Source: Rhizophagus irregularis (lineage: Eukaryota). From it: a stretch of 64,000 nt of DNA. A program made the translations under genes and the position numbers. The DNA is taken from contig NC_089429.1 of NCBI RefSeq assembly GCF_026210795.1, positions 3,968,001 through 4,032,000 of the forward strand, in the 5' to 3' direction. Position 1 is the first letter of the stretch, and each line of letters begins with the position of its first letter. Below are positions 1-15,276 of this stretch, piece by piece. The notes under the pieces are model-generated. The model saw only the letters and a list, made by a program, of their open reading frames with translations, was not told the origin of the DNA and did no database searches.

Positions 1-21
1 GGGGGGGAGGGGGTCAAATTA

Positions 22-300
22 CACTGGTAAAAAAATGATTTATCCTACACATATCTTACACATATTGGGTACTCAAAATGTAGAAAATCATACACAAATA
101 ATACACATATCATACATATATCGGGTACTAATATATATATCATACATATATCAGGTACCTGATAGGTATACTATATATATAAGTACCCAATATGTGTATG
201 ATATGTGTATTATTTGTGTATGATTTTCTACATTTTGAGTACCCGATATATGTAAGATATGTGTAGGATATGTGTAGGATAGACCATTTTTTTACCAGTG
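22..300. mobile_element. Palindromic MITE with CACTG termini (CMC/CACTA-like)
   Basis: CACTGGTAAAAAAATG at 22 and CATTTTTTTACCAGTG ending at 300; TA on both flanks; interior nearly a full inverted repeat. Confidence 0.85.
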
Positions 301-1109
301 TATTAAGTAAACATTTAAAAATAAACATATAAATTAATAACCTTTAGTTTAGCAAAATAAATATATAGTAGTAAATTTTTCTTCAAACTATCATCTGGCT
401 CTAATAACTCATTTTTTTCCCCATGATAAAAACAAATAATTTCTGTTTTTAAATGATGTCATAAATAATATATAGCTTCAATTGGACTACTACAATAGAT
501 TTTTTGTTTAACATAAACTGTTTCGTAAAGATTGTATTTCAGAAGCTATAGGAGATTCACAAATATAAATCACATTATTTAATAAAATTTCTAAATTAGT
601 TTTTTCTTTATCACTCTGCAATTTTACTAAAAATATGGTTTATTACAGATAGTGCAATTGATAAGTTTATGTATATTACTATTATTAATTATACCACTAG
701 GAATAAGAAATTTTTTTATTTATTTTTATTTATTTTTATTATGAAGACATAGATCTGGGAGATTCAAAGAAATTCTTTTAAATATTGACAGATCGGCGAT
801 ATTGTTATAATCACGTGATATAACATATGTTTGTTTATTTTTAAAAAATTTTCAAAAACGAGGGGGGTGGGGTACATTATACAAACTATTAAATTGGAGT
901 GGCCTAATAATGATCCTATATAATCTAATAGCTACTATAAGAGGATATAGGTGAATTTCATATTGGTGATGGTAGAGCACGGAAGCAATCTTATAGGATG
1001 GGAAACCAGTTCAGAGTTTTAATAGATTAGTTATGTATATACCAAAAATTCTGTATTACTATTATATAACTAATAAACTCATGAATTGCATTACCTTGCA
1101 AAAAAAAAA

Positions 1110-3370
1110 AAGAATTTTAATGGTTAATTCTAGGAGATTCAATAAATAAATCACCAATTTTTTCACTATTATAAAATGCACAAAAGTTAATTTGCTTAAT
1201 AAAATTTCAATTTCAGATGGAATTAATTAGTAAAAAATCACCTAAAAATTTAATTGTAATTTTGGCAAAAAGTACTAAAGGGGTAATCAAGTACTTTTTA
1301 AGATGCTAAATATGTGAAAAATAATCATGTATTCAAATGTAAAATAATTTATTATATAATTAAAATTTTATTTTTAAGGCAGATTAACTAATAGGAAATT
1401 AGTTAAAAATCCATTTCTTTTATAATTTTTTAATTTTTACTGTGCAATTTTTGGCCAGAATTATGATTTAAATTTAATAAAGTTTTAAATCATGAATTTG
1501 TAAAAAATAATCATTTTTTATAATATTAAATGCACTATTATTTAATTAAAATTTCATTTTTAAAGTAGGTTTCTTATTATAAAATAAGTTAAATATATTT
1601 AATTTTTAAGAAAATTAAACAAAAAGAATTTCAATGGTTAATTTTAGGAAATTCAATAAATAAATTACCAATTTTTTCACTATTATAAGATGCACAAAAG
1701 TCAATTTGCTTAATAAAATTTGGAATTAATTAGTAAAAAATCACCTAAAAATTTTAATTTTAATTTTGGCAAAAAGTACTAAGGGGTAATCAGGTACTTT
1801 TTAAGATTTTTTAAAATGCTAAATATATGAAAAATAATCATATATTCAAATGTAAAATAATCTAAAATTTTATTTTTAAGGCAGATTAACTAATAGGAAA
1901 TAGGTTAAAAATCCATTTCTTTTTATAATTCCTTAATTTTTACTATGCAATTTTTGGCCAGAATTATAAACAAATTTTTGTATTTTTGATAAAATTTAAA
2001 GAAAAATAAACATTTTTTATAATATTAAATATATTATTACCTAATTAAAATTTCATTATCAGATAGAGTTAACTAATAGGAAATTAGTTAAAAATCCATT
2101 TCTTTTATAATTTTTTAATTTTTACTGTACAATTTTTAGCCAGAATTATAACCAAATTTTTGTATTTTGATGAAATTTTAAAACACAAATTTGTAAAAAA
2201 TAATTACTTTTTATAATGTTAAATATATTATTATCTAATTAAAATTTTATTTTCAGAATAGGTTTCCTATTATAAAATATATTAAAAATGTATTTTAATT
2301 TTTAAAAAAATTAAACAAATATAAAATATCAGAATTTAATGGTTAATTTTAAGAAATCCAATGAAAAAATTAGTGATTTTTTTACTATAATAAAATGTGT
2401 AAAGATTAATTTGCTTAATAAAATTTTAATTTCAAATAAAGTTAATTAGTAAAAAAGTGCCTAAAAATTTAATTTTAATTTTGGCAAAAAGTACCAAAGG
2501 AGTAATCAGATATTTTTTAAGATTTTTTAAAATGCTGAATTTGCAAAAAATAATTATATATTCAGATGTAAAATAGTCTATTATCTAATCAAAATTTCAT
2601 TTTCAGAATAGGTTAACTAACAGAAAATGGATTAAAAATCCATTTCTTTCATAATTCCTTAATTTTTACTGTGCAATTTTTGGCTAGAATTATAACTTAA
2701 ATTTGATAAAATTTTAAATCACAGATTTGTAAAAAATAATCATTTTTTATAGGTTTTCTATTATAAAATGGATTAAAAAATATATTTTAATTTTTCAAAA
2801 TAATTTTAATAGTTGATTTTTGGGAGATTTAATAAAAATAAATCACTGATTTTTTTCATTATAATATATAATATGTGTAAAAGTTAATTTACTTAATAAA
2901 ATTTTAATTTTAAATAGGATTAATTAGTAAGAAAGTACCTAAAAATTTGATTTTAAAATGCTAAATTTGCAAAAAAATAATTATATGTTTGAATGAAAAT
3001 GGTCTATATTTTTTTTATAATTTACAAATTTATGCTTTAAAATTTCATCAAAAATACAAAAATTTTAATTATAATTTTAGCCACAGTAAAAATTAAGAAA
3101 AAATACTGTAATTATTTTTTATGATATTAAATGTATTATTATTTAATTAAAATTTTATTTTTAAAATATTAGATTTCTTATTATAATTTATAAAATAGAT
3201 TAAAAATATATTTTAATTTTTAAAAAAAATTAAATAAAAATCTATATTTAAAGAAATTTTAATGAAAGATCTAATAAAAAAATTAACAATTTTTTTATCA
3301 TTATAAAATACACAAAAATTAGTTTATTTAATAAAATTTCAATTTTAAATGGGAATTAATTAATAAAAAA
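1110..3370. repeat. Degenerate AT-rich tandem array (about 500-700 bp composite units)
   Basis: TTTTGGCAAAAAGTAC recurs near 1261, 1765 and 2480; AAAAATCCATTTCTTT and other blocks recur in the same order. Confidence 0.75.
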
Positions 3371-3591
3371 GTATCTTTCTTTTTTCTTTTTAGATATTAT
3401 AATTTCTTAGACTTTATAAAATAAAAATAAAAGTAACATATTTATTAAAAAAGCATATATTTGAATTCTTTTACTTTAATTTTAAAAATATTCTAATATT
3501 TTTTCTTTATTTTTAAATATTATAATTTCTTGAATTTTGTAAAATAAAATTAAATAAAATAAAGGTAAATTTGTTAAAAATATATATTTAA

Positions 3592-4981
3592 TTGGTGATC
3601 CGCGAGTCAAGTAGCAAAAATGATAATAAAATTTGACAGAAATTTATTAATTAAAAGCCACATTTCTGAATGTAAATTTCTCTAGCCAAATGTTTAAATA
3701 ACGCCATTTTGCTTTAATTGCCGATCTACGAATGAATCAGACCTAGTGATCGGCAAAATCAAATCTCCACTTCCAAAAAAAGTAAAGTCAGTCAATTTTT
3801 AGCCAAACCAATTAAATTTTTTTTAAAAAACTTAGAGATTAAATCTATTTTGTAAAAATATAAATTTAAGTATTTCAAAACTCAAAATTTTGCAAATTGC
3901 TTTTAAATATCATCAATTAGCGAAATTTTAGTAAAAATTATTTATCATTTTTTTTTCTAATAAAAGTACTAGCAAGAAGTCTCAAAATTCACACATATAT
4001 ACTTTGGACATATATTAATAGAATATTAAAAAAAAAAATGATATAATAAATGTAAAAATATTTCCTATTTTAAGGTTAACTAACAATAATCCATTTTCCC
4101 ATTTTTAATGCCTATATGAAACTTTTATAAATCAATCTTTAGGAATTTAAAAATGGTAATTTTATCTTAAAATATTAGTTCTAAACATATTTAAAGCATT
4201 TATTTTCAAATTATTAAGTGAAAAAAATTTTCGGTTTTGTGTCGATGGTTACACAAATTACGATTTGAAGAAATTTAAAGTTTATTGGTAAAAGTTTGAC
4301 TTTTTTAAGAGTTATTTTTGATACTTTAATAAAATAAAGCAAATGTCAAAGTTTTTTCATTAAAAATTTCAATTTATTCGATTAAAAATTGGTGGATATT
4401 CCTATATTGGAAATGCAGATTTAAGGGGTGGTCCGATTGGTACATGGATTACGAATTAATAAAATAGTTTTCCACAGTTTTCCCACCAATCTCATGCAAA
4501 AAAAACTATAATGTAACATTGGAAAAAAGTCCAATTTCTAAGAGATCTGAGATTCAAAAGACAAAAACTAGTTTTATCATACCATATCACTTGTATAATG
4601 AGTGTGAAAAAGTCTTGAATTTGTTGGGTTAGAAGTTATTACAGCATAGTTTACTAATAAAATATATTAAAAATAAAGCAATATGCATGAAAGTTTAGTG
4701 AAATATAAAAAAATTTCCATAATTTGTACTTTTAAAACCTTAGTTTACCTAATAACATAGTAAATGCCACATGCTTTCAAGGTAAACTTTGTCAAAAAAA
4801 AGTTTTACACTTTGTAGCTTTGAAAAATAAAAGTGTAACATTTACTTTATTGTTTGTGTTATTTTTAATAAACTATGCTTATAGTTTTTATTACATCAGA
4901 AATCATTAAAGTCAGCGTATTATGATATGATTTGTGTCAAATTTTATATGTAATTTCTCTAGTTGACTCGCAGATCATCAA
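3592..4981. mobile_element. Non-autonomous TIR DNA transposon
   Basis: TTGGTGATCCGCGAGTCAAGTAG at left is an inverted match to CTAGTTGACTCGCAGATCATCAA at right; both ends flanked by TTAA. Confidence 0.7.
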
Positions 4982-5765
4982 TTAAGTTTTTATTTATATT
5001 AAAATATTTTAATATTTCTTTTTTTTAAAAAAAAAAAACATTGCAGTTTCTTGAACTTTATAAAATAAAAATAAAAGTAGTAAGTAAATTTGGGATTTTT
5101 GCAGTAAAAAAAAAGATAAAACTATTAGAAAAAATAAAAAATGAATTAATATTAAATCTGAACTTATTTAAATCCAAAAATTATAATATAAATTTAATTT
5201 TTTCTAACAGTTCATCTTTTTTTATTGTAAAAACTCTATTATTAAAAAAATTTCTGTAAAAATCTGATCTGTATTTTACCTTTCCATGTTTTTTTTATAA
5301 TAAATATATTATTTTCATGAAATTTATAACTTTAAATCATGGAAATTTTTATCTGACTAATACAGATATCTATGAATATATCATTTTCACAGAATTTTTA
5401 CAGAAGACATGGAGAAATAATAGAAATATTTAAATAAAAATTTTTGTAGGGAATTAAAGATATAATATATAATTGATAATTACTATTTTATGTTATAATA
5501 GTAAGAATTGTAACAGCTATTGCAATCTATTATTACTTTTAAATTTAAAATATTGTAATATTACAATACTTATGATTTTTCAAAAATTTTTTTTTTTGAA
5601 AAATAAAAATTATAAAAATAAGTTTTGTAAAATAAATATCAATATATCATTACAAAAGAAATAATTAATATATTAAATAATTACATATCACATCTTTATA
5701 GAGAATATATATTTAAGTTCTTTAAATATTATAACTTTTTGGATTTTATAAAATAAAAATAACAT

Positions 5766-8093
5766 CCTTAGAAAATTCGCCATAGTAACAAAGAAAGTGC
5801 ATCGCCCTGATCAATTCCGTCATTTCTAATGAACCAATCACTTAGTCCATATGCTGTGGTTACTCTAAGAGATTTGTGTTTAAAAAGGGCTATAGTCCAT
5901 TCAACCAACGATACCGGAATGTCAATACGAAGCATGGCTCATTTTAATACCTCTAACCCAACTGAATCAAATGCCTTTTTCATGTCCTGTGTGAGGATTC
6001 ATAGTTCCTTATTATTTTCCCTAGCGTCTTCGATAAAATTGTTAACTAAGTGTATTAGTTCATTTGTGCATTTTCTAGGTAAACCACAACAATTGTATTC
6101 CTGAAGTACATTACATTGTTTCAGGACAGAACTCAACCTGTTCGTGATCATTTTTGTAAAGGTCTTTCAAAAACAATCTAACAACGCAATAGGTCGTGTA
6201 TTCAGAATGTTGTATTCAAAGTTGATGGGCTTAGGTATAGGAGAATGACCGATGTTTTCCATGCCATGGGTACAAGTACGGTTTGTAGCGTCAAGTTTCT
6301 GAATTTAACTAAGAGGAGAACTAATTTCTCAGGTAATTGTTAGATAATTTTGTAATTAATACCAAATAACCCTGCAGCCGACTTGTTATTTAATTCTCTA
6401 ACGGTTTTAATCCATTCTTCCTTAGTAATCTTTTCTATTGTAGATTCCATCTCCTCTTTGAATTTACCAGCGGGTTCGTAAATTTGTTGCTAAAGCAGTG
6501 TCAGTATATCCAGTAGAGTGTTTCTTTTTCTAAACATTTTTGTGAAATCATTGTCCACTGCATTTTTAACTTCACTGGGTTCTGTAGCCAATCTCTTGGT
6601 CGTAATTCCTGATTCTTCGTTTACTAGCACCTTATCTATAATTATATTAGTGTGGGTGTTTCTATCTAATATATTAGACAGCCATGTTGTTTGGTCTTCT
6701 CGTGTAATTTCTACACGTTTATCTATTTTATCTTTAATGGACTTCGTTTTTGCTGCTTTATATTTTTTGTAATCTGCTCTTAGGTGGCAATTCACTTTTG
6801 TTTTAAGGTTGTCAAACCATTCTTCTGAAAACATGTCATGTGTGGCTATGTTACACTTATTATTATTATCATTTGATGTAACGTAGTCTTGATTATATTT
6901 GGCAATTTTAATTGTCCATCTGAATTTGGCATCCTCATTTGCGATCATTTGTTGATTGCTGTAATAATAGTTATGTAACAGTTGAAGCAACTTATTTGTA
7001 TGTCACTCTGGTCTCAATTTCTTTTTGTTATACTGTTTAAAGGTATTATGGAGTCTGAGGACTTTCCTAAAGAGTTCTATATCCGCTACATTTACTATAA
7101 TACCGTTAAGTATGTTCCAATACCTATCTATATCTTCTTGGGAATGTTCTGTTAAGTTGACTTTATCTTTGAGGATATCTTGATCAAGAGAATTTAGTTG
7201 ATTTTTTATATTGAGCCAAAAGTTATCCCACATTTCCTTTTCAATGTTATCACAATTATATACGACTCTGGTGTAGGCATTATCATTGGGTAATTTATCA
7301 TATACCATGTTTTTCCTATTATTTTGTATGAGGACCAAAGTATCCATGGTTAATGTAATTATATCATAGTCACTGCTTGTGATGAACGTTGAGGGAGTGA
7401 TTGAGAAATTTAACAATTTATTACTGTGGGTTTCTGATACCCAAATTTGGTCTATTCTCGTACTAACACCTTCTTTGTGATAAGTGTTTCCTAGTTCCTC
7501 TTTATTGAGTTTTCTATATGAATTTATAAGACCCAGTGTTTCAAGATCGTTAAAAAATTTGGGTTTTGGGATATGTTGTGATGGAACACGATCTATATGA
7601 CCATTTGTAATCAAATTAAAATCTCCCATTAATATATGTACTATATTGTTTGATTTTTTCCTTATAATATCATCACACATTTCTTTTTTAAGCTGTTCCA
7701 GGGTATCGTGAAGAATTGTTGTTTTTTTTTGTAGTGCCATGTAAACAATCCAGATACAGAATAAAACATTTATAAATAAAAGGTATACTGAGAGTAAATA
7801 TAATGAATGGATTTTATGTCCTTGATAATATTTATTCCATTTCCTTGAACATATTAACGCCACTCCTGATCCTTATTTTTGTCGTATTGTTTACTTGACC
7901 AATAAATATAAAATTGTTCTTTAAAACTATCAGGCGTTTTGAAGAAACTATTTCTCTGGTCTAAATTGGTTTCGTTTAAGGCCATAATGTCCACTTGGTT
8001 TTCTTGCATCCAATTTAGTATTCTATAAAGTTTTGTACTGTTCCCTATCAATCCATTAATGTTGTGTGTTCCAATGTGGAGTGTAAGGTACAA
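5766..8093 (-). pseudogene. Degenerate non-LTR retrotransposon ORF2 (AP endonuclease + partial RT)
   Basis: HNINGL and LNET (7854-8093), MGDFN and RIDQIW (7003-7863), RT N-terminal region continuing to about 5770; several stops and frameshifts. Confidence 0.85.
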
Positions 8094-9917
8094 TGCATTT
8101 AAATCTATTTGTTATTATTCCTCATACCGTATACGTTGACTAATTAAAAAACTATCTATATTTTCTAAATTAACTTTGTTATTGTTATTGTTATTCTTTA
8201 TTCTATTGTTCAACATAAATGTAGCATTAAATAAAGTTTTATATTAATGTTGTCCATTCTGTTAGAGCTATTCGTTCCAGCCTAATCTCTCTTCTGATTA
8301 TAATAATTATATTAAGAAATTAGATTTTTAAAATTAAAATATCAATAGTAACATATACTAAAAAGAAGAAAAATTTTATACTAATAGTAATTTATTAAAA
8401 AAAGAAAAAACATTATAAAATAATTTTTGCATTATATGAAAAATACAAGTATAATGATTCACATATAATATCATGTTATATTCAAGATAATCATTATTTA
8501 CAACTTAATCCAGCAAAATTATAGCTTTAAAGTTTAAACATGAGAAATTGTAAGTTATTTGCAATAAAATTGATTTTTATTTGGATATTTTTAAAATTTA
8601 ATTATTATTGTAGATAAATAAAAGTATATTTAACATTTAGTGCAATTTTAGGCATATTAGTTAGCAATAAATTTAATATTCAAATACAACTATATTACTG
8701 CATCTGTTACTGCTATACCATTAACTGTCCTATTTGCTAATATACCTATACCTTTTATTATTCCTTTCAACTAATTAGATACATCTACAAATTATAAATT
8801 ACTTCAGTTCATAAATTTCTTTTTAATTTGAATCAAAAGTACAATTGGAATGGTAAATATTCTCAATTTGAAACTGTGATATTACTTTTAATTCCATCTA
8901 AGAATCTAAAAGTCTAAACCTTACATAATAAGATTTGTAATGAAATCAAATCTAACAATTCTATCAATCAAAAGAGCTTCAAATCTATCACTAGTTATTA
9001 CTATCAAAATCGATAAAATCATGTCTATTTATTGTAATAAGTGTTTTCATATCAATACAAATTGGAAAAAGATGTATTTGTTGTATTATCATTATTTGGA
9101 CAAGCCAACCAACAATCTCTAGCATATGATCCAAAATGCAAATTCTCTACAAATTCTCTTGTAGAAATAAGTGAAACTAAATATTCTTTTTGTCTTAGCT
9201 TTACTTTGAAAGTAATTTAATAAGTCAAAATAAAAAGATTCTGAAAAAGTTAAAATATATATAAATTAAAATTCAACAACATTTATATTTTATTCAACTT
9301 CTGCCAAAGACTGATTTAAAAAGATACTTAACACTTGCAATAATTGTTGGCATTTTTTAAAAATAAAAAAGGAAGAAATTGAATCGTTATAAAGAAAAAA
9401 TTATTGTTATGCATGCAAACGATTTGATACTGTACTCATTTACTTTCCTTGTGATCACTCCGGATAATAAAGAATGCATATAAAAAATTTTGTATAGATA
9501 AAAAAAAATCTGCGCGCCTGCATCATTTTATAATTTTATGTTACGAGAATCTAAATATTTCATTTGCCCAGCCCAAACTACTACATGTATGAAATTTTTA
9601 TTGATATATAAAGTATAATCACGCTAGGTTTTAAAAATATATATATCACTTATACTATATACCAAACTCTCTGAAACAGACTTCGTTATATCCGGTTAAG
9701 ACTGACTAGATTTGAATAGTTAAAAATAATCCTAAAACTCGTATTTATTGATAAAAAAAAAAATAATAAAAGTAAAAAGTGTCCTAATAAAATAATCTAA
9801 TAGTTAAATGAAAATGAAAATATCTAACAAATAATAGAGTAAAAAAAAATTTTTTTTTGAATGAATAATTTTTTTTTAAATGAATATTTTTTTTTTTATA
9901 ATAAAAAGAAAATTTTA

Positions 9918-12364
9918 TTAGTTAAATTTATCCAGAAATTCAATGGCAAGTTCATGACCATTATAAGCGGACAAGTTCATATAATATTTAGCTTTTTCTA
10001 TGTCTCTTGTACAACCATTACCATTATAATACATATTTCCAGCGTTATACATTGCTATTTTGATACCATCTTCAGCAGCTTTTTCAAAATATTTAAGAGC
10101 TTCCGAATGATTCTGTTTAACACCTTTGCCATTGTACAAACAATCACCATATCTTACTTTTGCTTCAGGGAATTCATTTGCTTCATCATCAGCAACTTCT
10201 TTAAATAATTCAGCAACAATTTTATCTTTATTAGGGCAATCAACATATCCTTTTGAAATATAAAGTGCTTTATAATACTTTGCTTTGATTTGGTCTGGAT
10301 AAGCTTCAAAACATTTATATGCAGCTGTTACATCTCCAACAAGTTTACCTTCTTTATTAATTATCTTGTGTTGTTTTGATGCATCGGTAAGTGTCATGTA
10401 TTTAAATGATTCAAGTAAATCGATTTCGTCAATGCGTTCTGGGGGAAGCTCTTGCATGGAGTTGTTTCTGCTTGGGTTTGAAATACTAGAACTTGATGAA
10501 TCTTGCGGATGTCCTTTGATATGATCTTTATAACAATTTTTAAGAATATCAAACATATCTGTAATTTTTGGTCTAAAATCTGGGTCATGACGAACGGCTG
10601 TAAAAATATGTAAAAAAAATTTAGTATAAAAAATAAAATTATAATTTAACTATTATATTTTACATACCATCAATTTCTAATTGTTTGAATTTCTTTGGCA
10701 TTTGACTATTTCCAGAAAATGGTTCTCTATACCTTTTATTACGTACCCTATCAATTATATCCACAATATCTTCATTACCTTCATATGGAATTCTTTCTTC
10801 AGCAATTTCCCAAAGTAATATTCCAAAACTATAAACCTCACATTTTTGATCATATTTGTAATTTGGGGCCCTCTCTAACAATTCAGGTGCACAATAACGA
10901 ACTCGTTTTAAAGTTTGGCTTTGATTTAATGTAGCTGAAGTTAAGTAACGACTTAATTTAAAATTTGCAAGTTTTGCCGTCTCATCAATTGTAATTAATA
11001 TATTCTCGGCTCTAATATCACGATGAACAATCTGAAAAAAAAAAATTAAACAATTAAATAAAAATAAAAATTTTATTAATTAAAAGCTGGTTATAAAATT
11101 ACCTCAACAGCTCTTAAAAAATTTAATCCGCGAGCAATATTAAAAGAAATACGTAATTTTAATTCAAGATTGAATCGATCTTTATGATTTGTATAAAATT
11201 CACGTAAATTACCAAATTCGGCCCATTCAGTCACCAAATACCATTTATTTCCCTCACAAGTAAGTCCATAAAATTTTATGATGTTTTGCCAATCATGAAG
11301 TTCTTTAAGAATTGTAACATGATTTTGTACAATCCTTTGGTCCTCTTTCTCAGAAATAGTTTTAAAAGCGAATTCTTCACTTTTATTTATTATATTATAC
11401 CATTTAGTTACACGTCCATTTTTACGTGGTTTCTCATTATTATCCGCTTCATAATTACAAAAATTTAGTGAATGTGTCCGAAAGATATTATCAATTTTTG
11501 TTTGATTTTGTAAATTTTCATTCATAAATTTTTCCATTGTAGTATTCATTGTATTAACTTTTACAACTGTTGAGGAAAACTGATCGCTTAAGTTTTTGAG
11601 AAGTTCTTTGATCTCTTTTGCATTACTTCCCATATCATCTCTTATTTCATTCATGTCATCTCTCATATCATTTACGTCGAGCATCATACTATTTGCGTCA
11701 GATTTCATTTCATTCATACCATCCACCATTTCTTTTAGATACTATATTAAAAACAATAGTTATAATTAATTTTTTATACTTAAATAAATGTATAATAGAC
11801 CTAAATTTTTAATCTTACATCAGCTAAATCATTTTGATCGGCTCTTAATTGTTCAAGTTCATCAGCAGTCGTAAGGTGAATAGAAAAACATAATACTTTA
11901 ACATAACCATCAAATTCTTCACATAATTCCACAAAAGTTTTCTCAATGTTTTTCGCCTTAATATGTTTTATCAAAGGTTTCATTTGAGAAATATCTGATA
12001 TAAATTTTTTAATTCGAGCTATAATAATAACTAAATTTTGCAAAGATTTATAATTTTTACTATTAAAAAAATCTTTTTTGTCTTTATTTCGAACTCTAAG
12101 TTCTCGTACAGCTAATTCTGCAACATTAACTCGGTCTCTTAATATTCCACAAGTTCGTTTATTATGTTCAGCAGCTTCTACTAAGTCGAGGATTTCGTTA
12201 AAAACATTTCCAATTTCAGAAATCAATGGAATAAATTTTGAAAATGAAACAGCTGCTTCAATCGCTTCTTTTCCTGTACTTTTCTCATCACTCTTCGCTT
12301 TTTTTTGAGGCCGCGGGGACCTTGGGTGTTTGAATTCCCGTTTGCTTTGTCCACGATCTTCCAT
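9918..12364 (-). CDS. MLKL-like protein: N-terminal helical bundle + coiled coil + TKL-type pseudokinase + Sel1 repeats (4 exons)
   Basis: Exons 12364-11819, 11741-11103, 11031-10668 and 10597-9918 joined by GT-AG introns; FAFK, HRDIRAEN, ANFK in place of DFG, APE, EVYSFGILLWEI; Sel1 motifs YGDCLYNGKGV and AGNMYYNGNGC. Confidence 0.85.
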
Positions 12365-13026
12365 TCTCAATAATTTAATTGAAAAGGAGAATAAAAAATC
12401 TTTACAAAACTTGTTTTTGGACATCAACGTTCTTATACGATCACGTGCTATTTTCTTATACGATCAAATTATGCACCCCTTTTTATGGATCTTTCTTGGA
12501 CTATGGGTGCGTGTTTAATCACTTATATTTTTTTTTGTTTTATTTATCATTTTATTCTTTATTATATATTTATTTCATTTTATTTCAAAGATTTTTCTAT
12601 GGAAAAAAATTTCTCTATATTAAGAAAAACGAACAATTATTATTCAAATAACTTTGTAATGTGGAGCCAAACATATTAGAAATTAGGTAAGTTATGTGAA
12701 TTATCGTAAAAAAAAGGTGAATTCAACATATTAAGTGACTCGTGTGATTGTAAATCTGTAGGCAATGAGTCTGAAGAGTGAGTTAGCAGTCGTTGTATAA
12801 GGATTATACAAGGGTTGATTGTTATTAGGAAAAGACTGCAAAGTATTAGTAGAAGGGAGGAATATAAGAAAAGCTGTTAGGAGAAAAATGTGAATTGTGT
12901 AAGGGTTGTGAATTCGTATTAGAGTAAATAGATACAATACTAGAATTTTCATATGAATTAAATTGCTTGCATCATGATAAGATTGAGTTTTTGTAACATT
13001 ATAGCAATTTCTTCTTTTGTTGGTTC

Positions 13027-14100
13027 CTAAATAAAATATAATTTATTTATACAAATAATAAATTGATTGAAATATACTTTTGTATTTCGGAGATTCTTTC
13101 TTGTTCTTTTAGTATTTCTTTTTTCCGAAGCAAATGTATTAGTTTCATTTTGAGAATTTGATTGAAGGGTTCGAAGAATCTGTAATGGTTTACATGGTTT
13201 CGCTACAACTTTTTGCGGTGCCCCTTTATTAGTTTTATGTTTCAATTCTGGTGGTCTAAAAGGATTCAGAAATATTGTCTTTGGTGAAAATACTGATCCT
13301 CCTAAATTTATAATAAATACAACATAATCATTAGATTAAAATATAAGATTAAAATATAAAATTAAAATATTTTTTTTTAAAAAAAAAAATCTTTACCTTG
13401 TAAATAATAGAATCTGATTATTTCATTATACGCTACATCAGCATCTCCTTCATTGTCTAGAAAATAATCCCTTATTTGAATGTAGATTAGCATTTCGAAA
13501 AAGACATGCTGCATGTTTACAGACATCTCGGAATGGCCCATTCCAAATATAATCGTAACAAATATATTCACCTGTTAAGATATTTGTTAAATAATATCCT
13601 TCTCGATGCGGAATCTTATCCAGATGTTTTTATTCCATTTTTTTGAATAAAGGTTGTAAATTATTTATTATTTCCTCATTTAATTTGATAAATTTACTAT
13701 CAAATGGTAATTCTAATAATTGAATATCATCAAGCTTTCGAACATAAAAATAATCATCATGATTTAAAGACTTAACAAATTCCAGTAAAAAATAAAGCCT
13801 TGTTTTCAATGATAATTTTTTTGAACAATTTTCCTTAAATATATTTACGTATTTAGTTTATAAATTATAAAATAATTAAAAACAAAAAGACAATAATAAT
13901 ACTTCAATTGACTTCATATCAAATATCAAATAATGTTGCTAATCCTGCTTCATATCACTATTTTCAGTTATATTTTTTCTTTTTAACTTCACTCCATACA
14001 AACGTTCAACAAAATTTACAATAGTTTGAACTCCACTATAATTTACTTCTATTGTTCAATTAAGAATTGAATAATATTATATCTTTCCCATCCATTACAA
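13027..14100 (-). pseudogene. Degenerate intron-containing gene fragment with SWIM-like zinc finger (possible MULE remnant)
   Basis: Alternative frame near 13510-13575 reads GEYICYDYIWNGPFRDVCKH; the surrounding sequence has stops. Confidence 0.4.
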
Positions 14101-15276
14101 ATAAGCAATTAAAAAAGAAGACTAAAAAAATGAAACAATTTATTATTTTAACCAATCTTAAAAATCCAAATACTTGTATATGATGAAATTGAAAAATATT
14201 TAAAAATAGAGAAAATTGATTTAGAATATAACTGCTTTACTTGATGGTATGAAAGGTATGAAAAGTTTCAAATTTGCTAAAAAATATTTAGCAGTTTATA
14301 CTGTATTTATTTTATAGCATTTGAATAATTATTTTCAGATGCTAGTAATCTTTTAACTATAAAAAGAATTTGAACAAGTCTTATACTTTTTAATAAATTA
14401 TATTTCTAAAAAGTATATTAATAGTATTTATTTCCTTCAGATATTCAAATAATTTGATTATTAATAATTAATTGAAAATTTGTAATAATTTTTAAAGAAA
14501 TAAAGCAAATTTGATATAAATACAGTTCATACAACTTAGTCCTAGCAATTAAATTTGATGAAATTTAAATCACTACTATTCATTCAAAAAAAAAGATAAA
14601 CATAAAGTATAAATATACAATAATAAACCAGGTTAAGCTTAATTAAACCATGTTTTTAAATTTTCTGTAAAGTATTTTTTAATAAAGTAGTAGCAATTTA
14701 AAGTTGAAATATTTTACTATTAAATTAAATATTTGGCCATTTTACTCTGACCAGAATTACATATAAATCTGGCCAAAATTACTTTCGTTTAATTATTAAC
14801 TATGTAAATCTGACTAAACTTATATATAATTCTGGCTAGAATTAAGAATTATAACTTAATTAAATAAATCTGACCAATAAAATTATAGGATTAAGTATTA
14901 CATAATATAAAAAATTTTTTTATTGGGATTAGGTTGTAGTAAAAGTAAAAAAATATTTTTATTAATTTAAAAATAAGGTTACTTTATAACAATAAAAAAT
15001 GTAAAATCAATAATAAAAAAGAATCTGATTATTTTGAAGTTAAGAGTTTGCAATATTTTTTAAAAAAAATTCTAAAGAATCCAAATATTTTTCTTTTTTA
15101 TTTTTATTTTATATAGTTTAAAATACAAAAAAAAAGAAAAAAGAAATATTAAAACATTTCTAAAATTACCCAAATACATATTCTTTAATAAAGTTATCTT
15201 TATTTTTATTTCATAAAATCCAAAAGCTATTAATGTTAAGAATTTAAACATATGTTCTTTAACAAATTTACTATTA

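Noticed and set aside
940..1035. Inverted match to 26820-26910 suggesting a 26-kb element
   Set aside because: The match is diverged, no TSD is visible, and a dispersed repeat explains it more simply.
35..5664. Small ORFs in the first 6 kb
   Set aside because: They fall in MITE palindromes or extremely AT-rich repeats and have no protein motifs.
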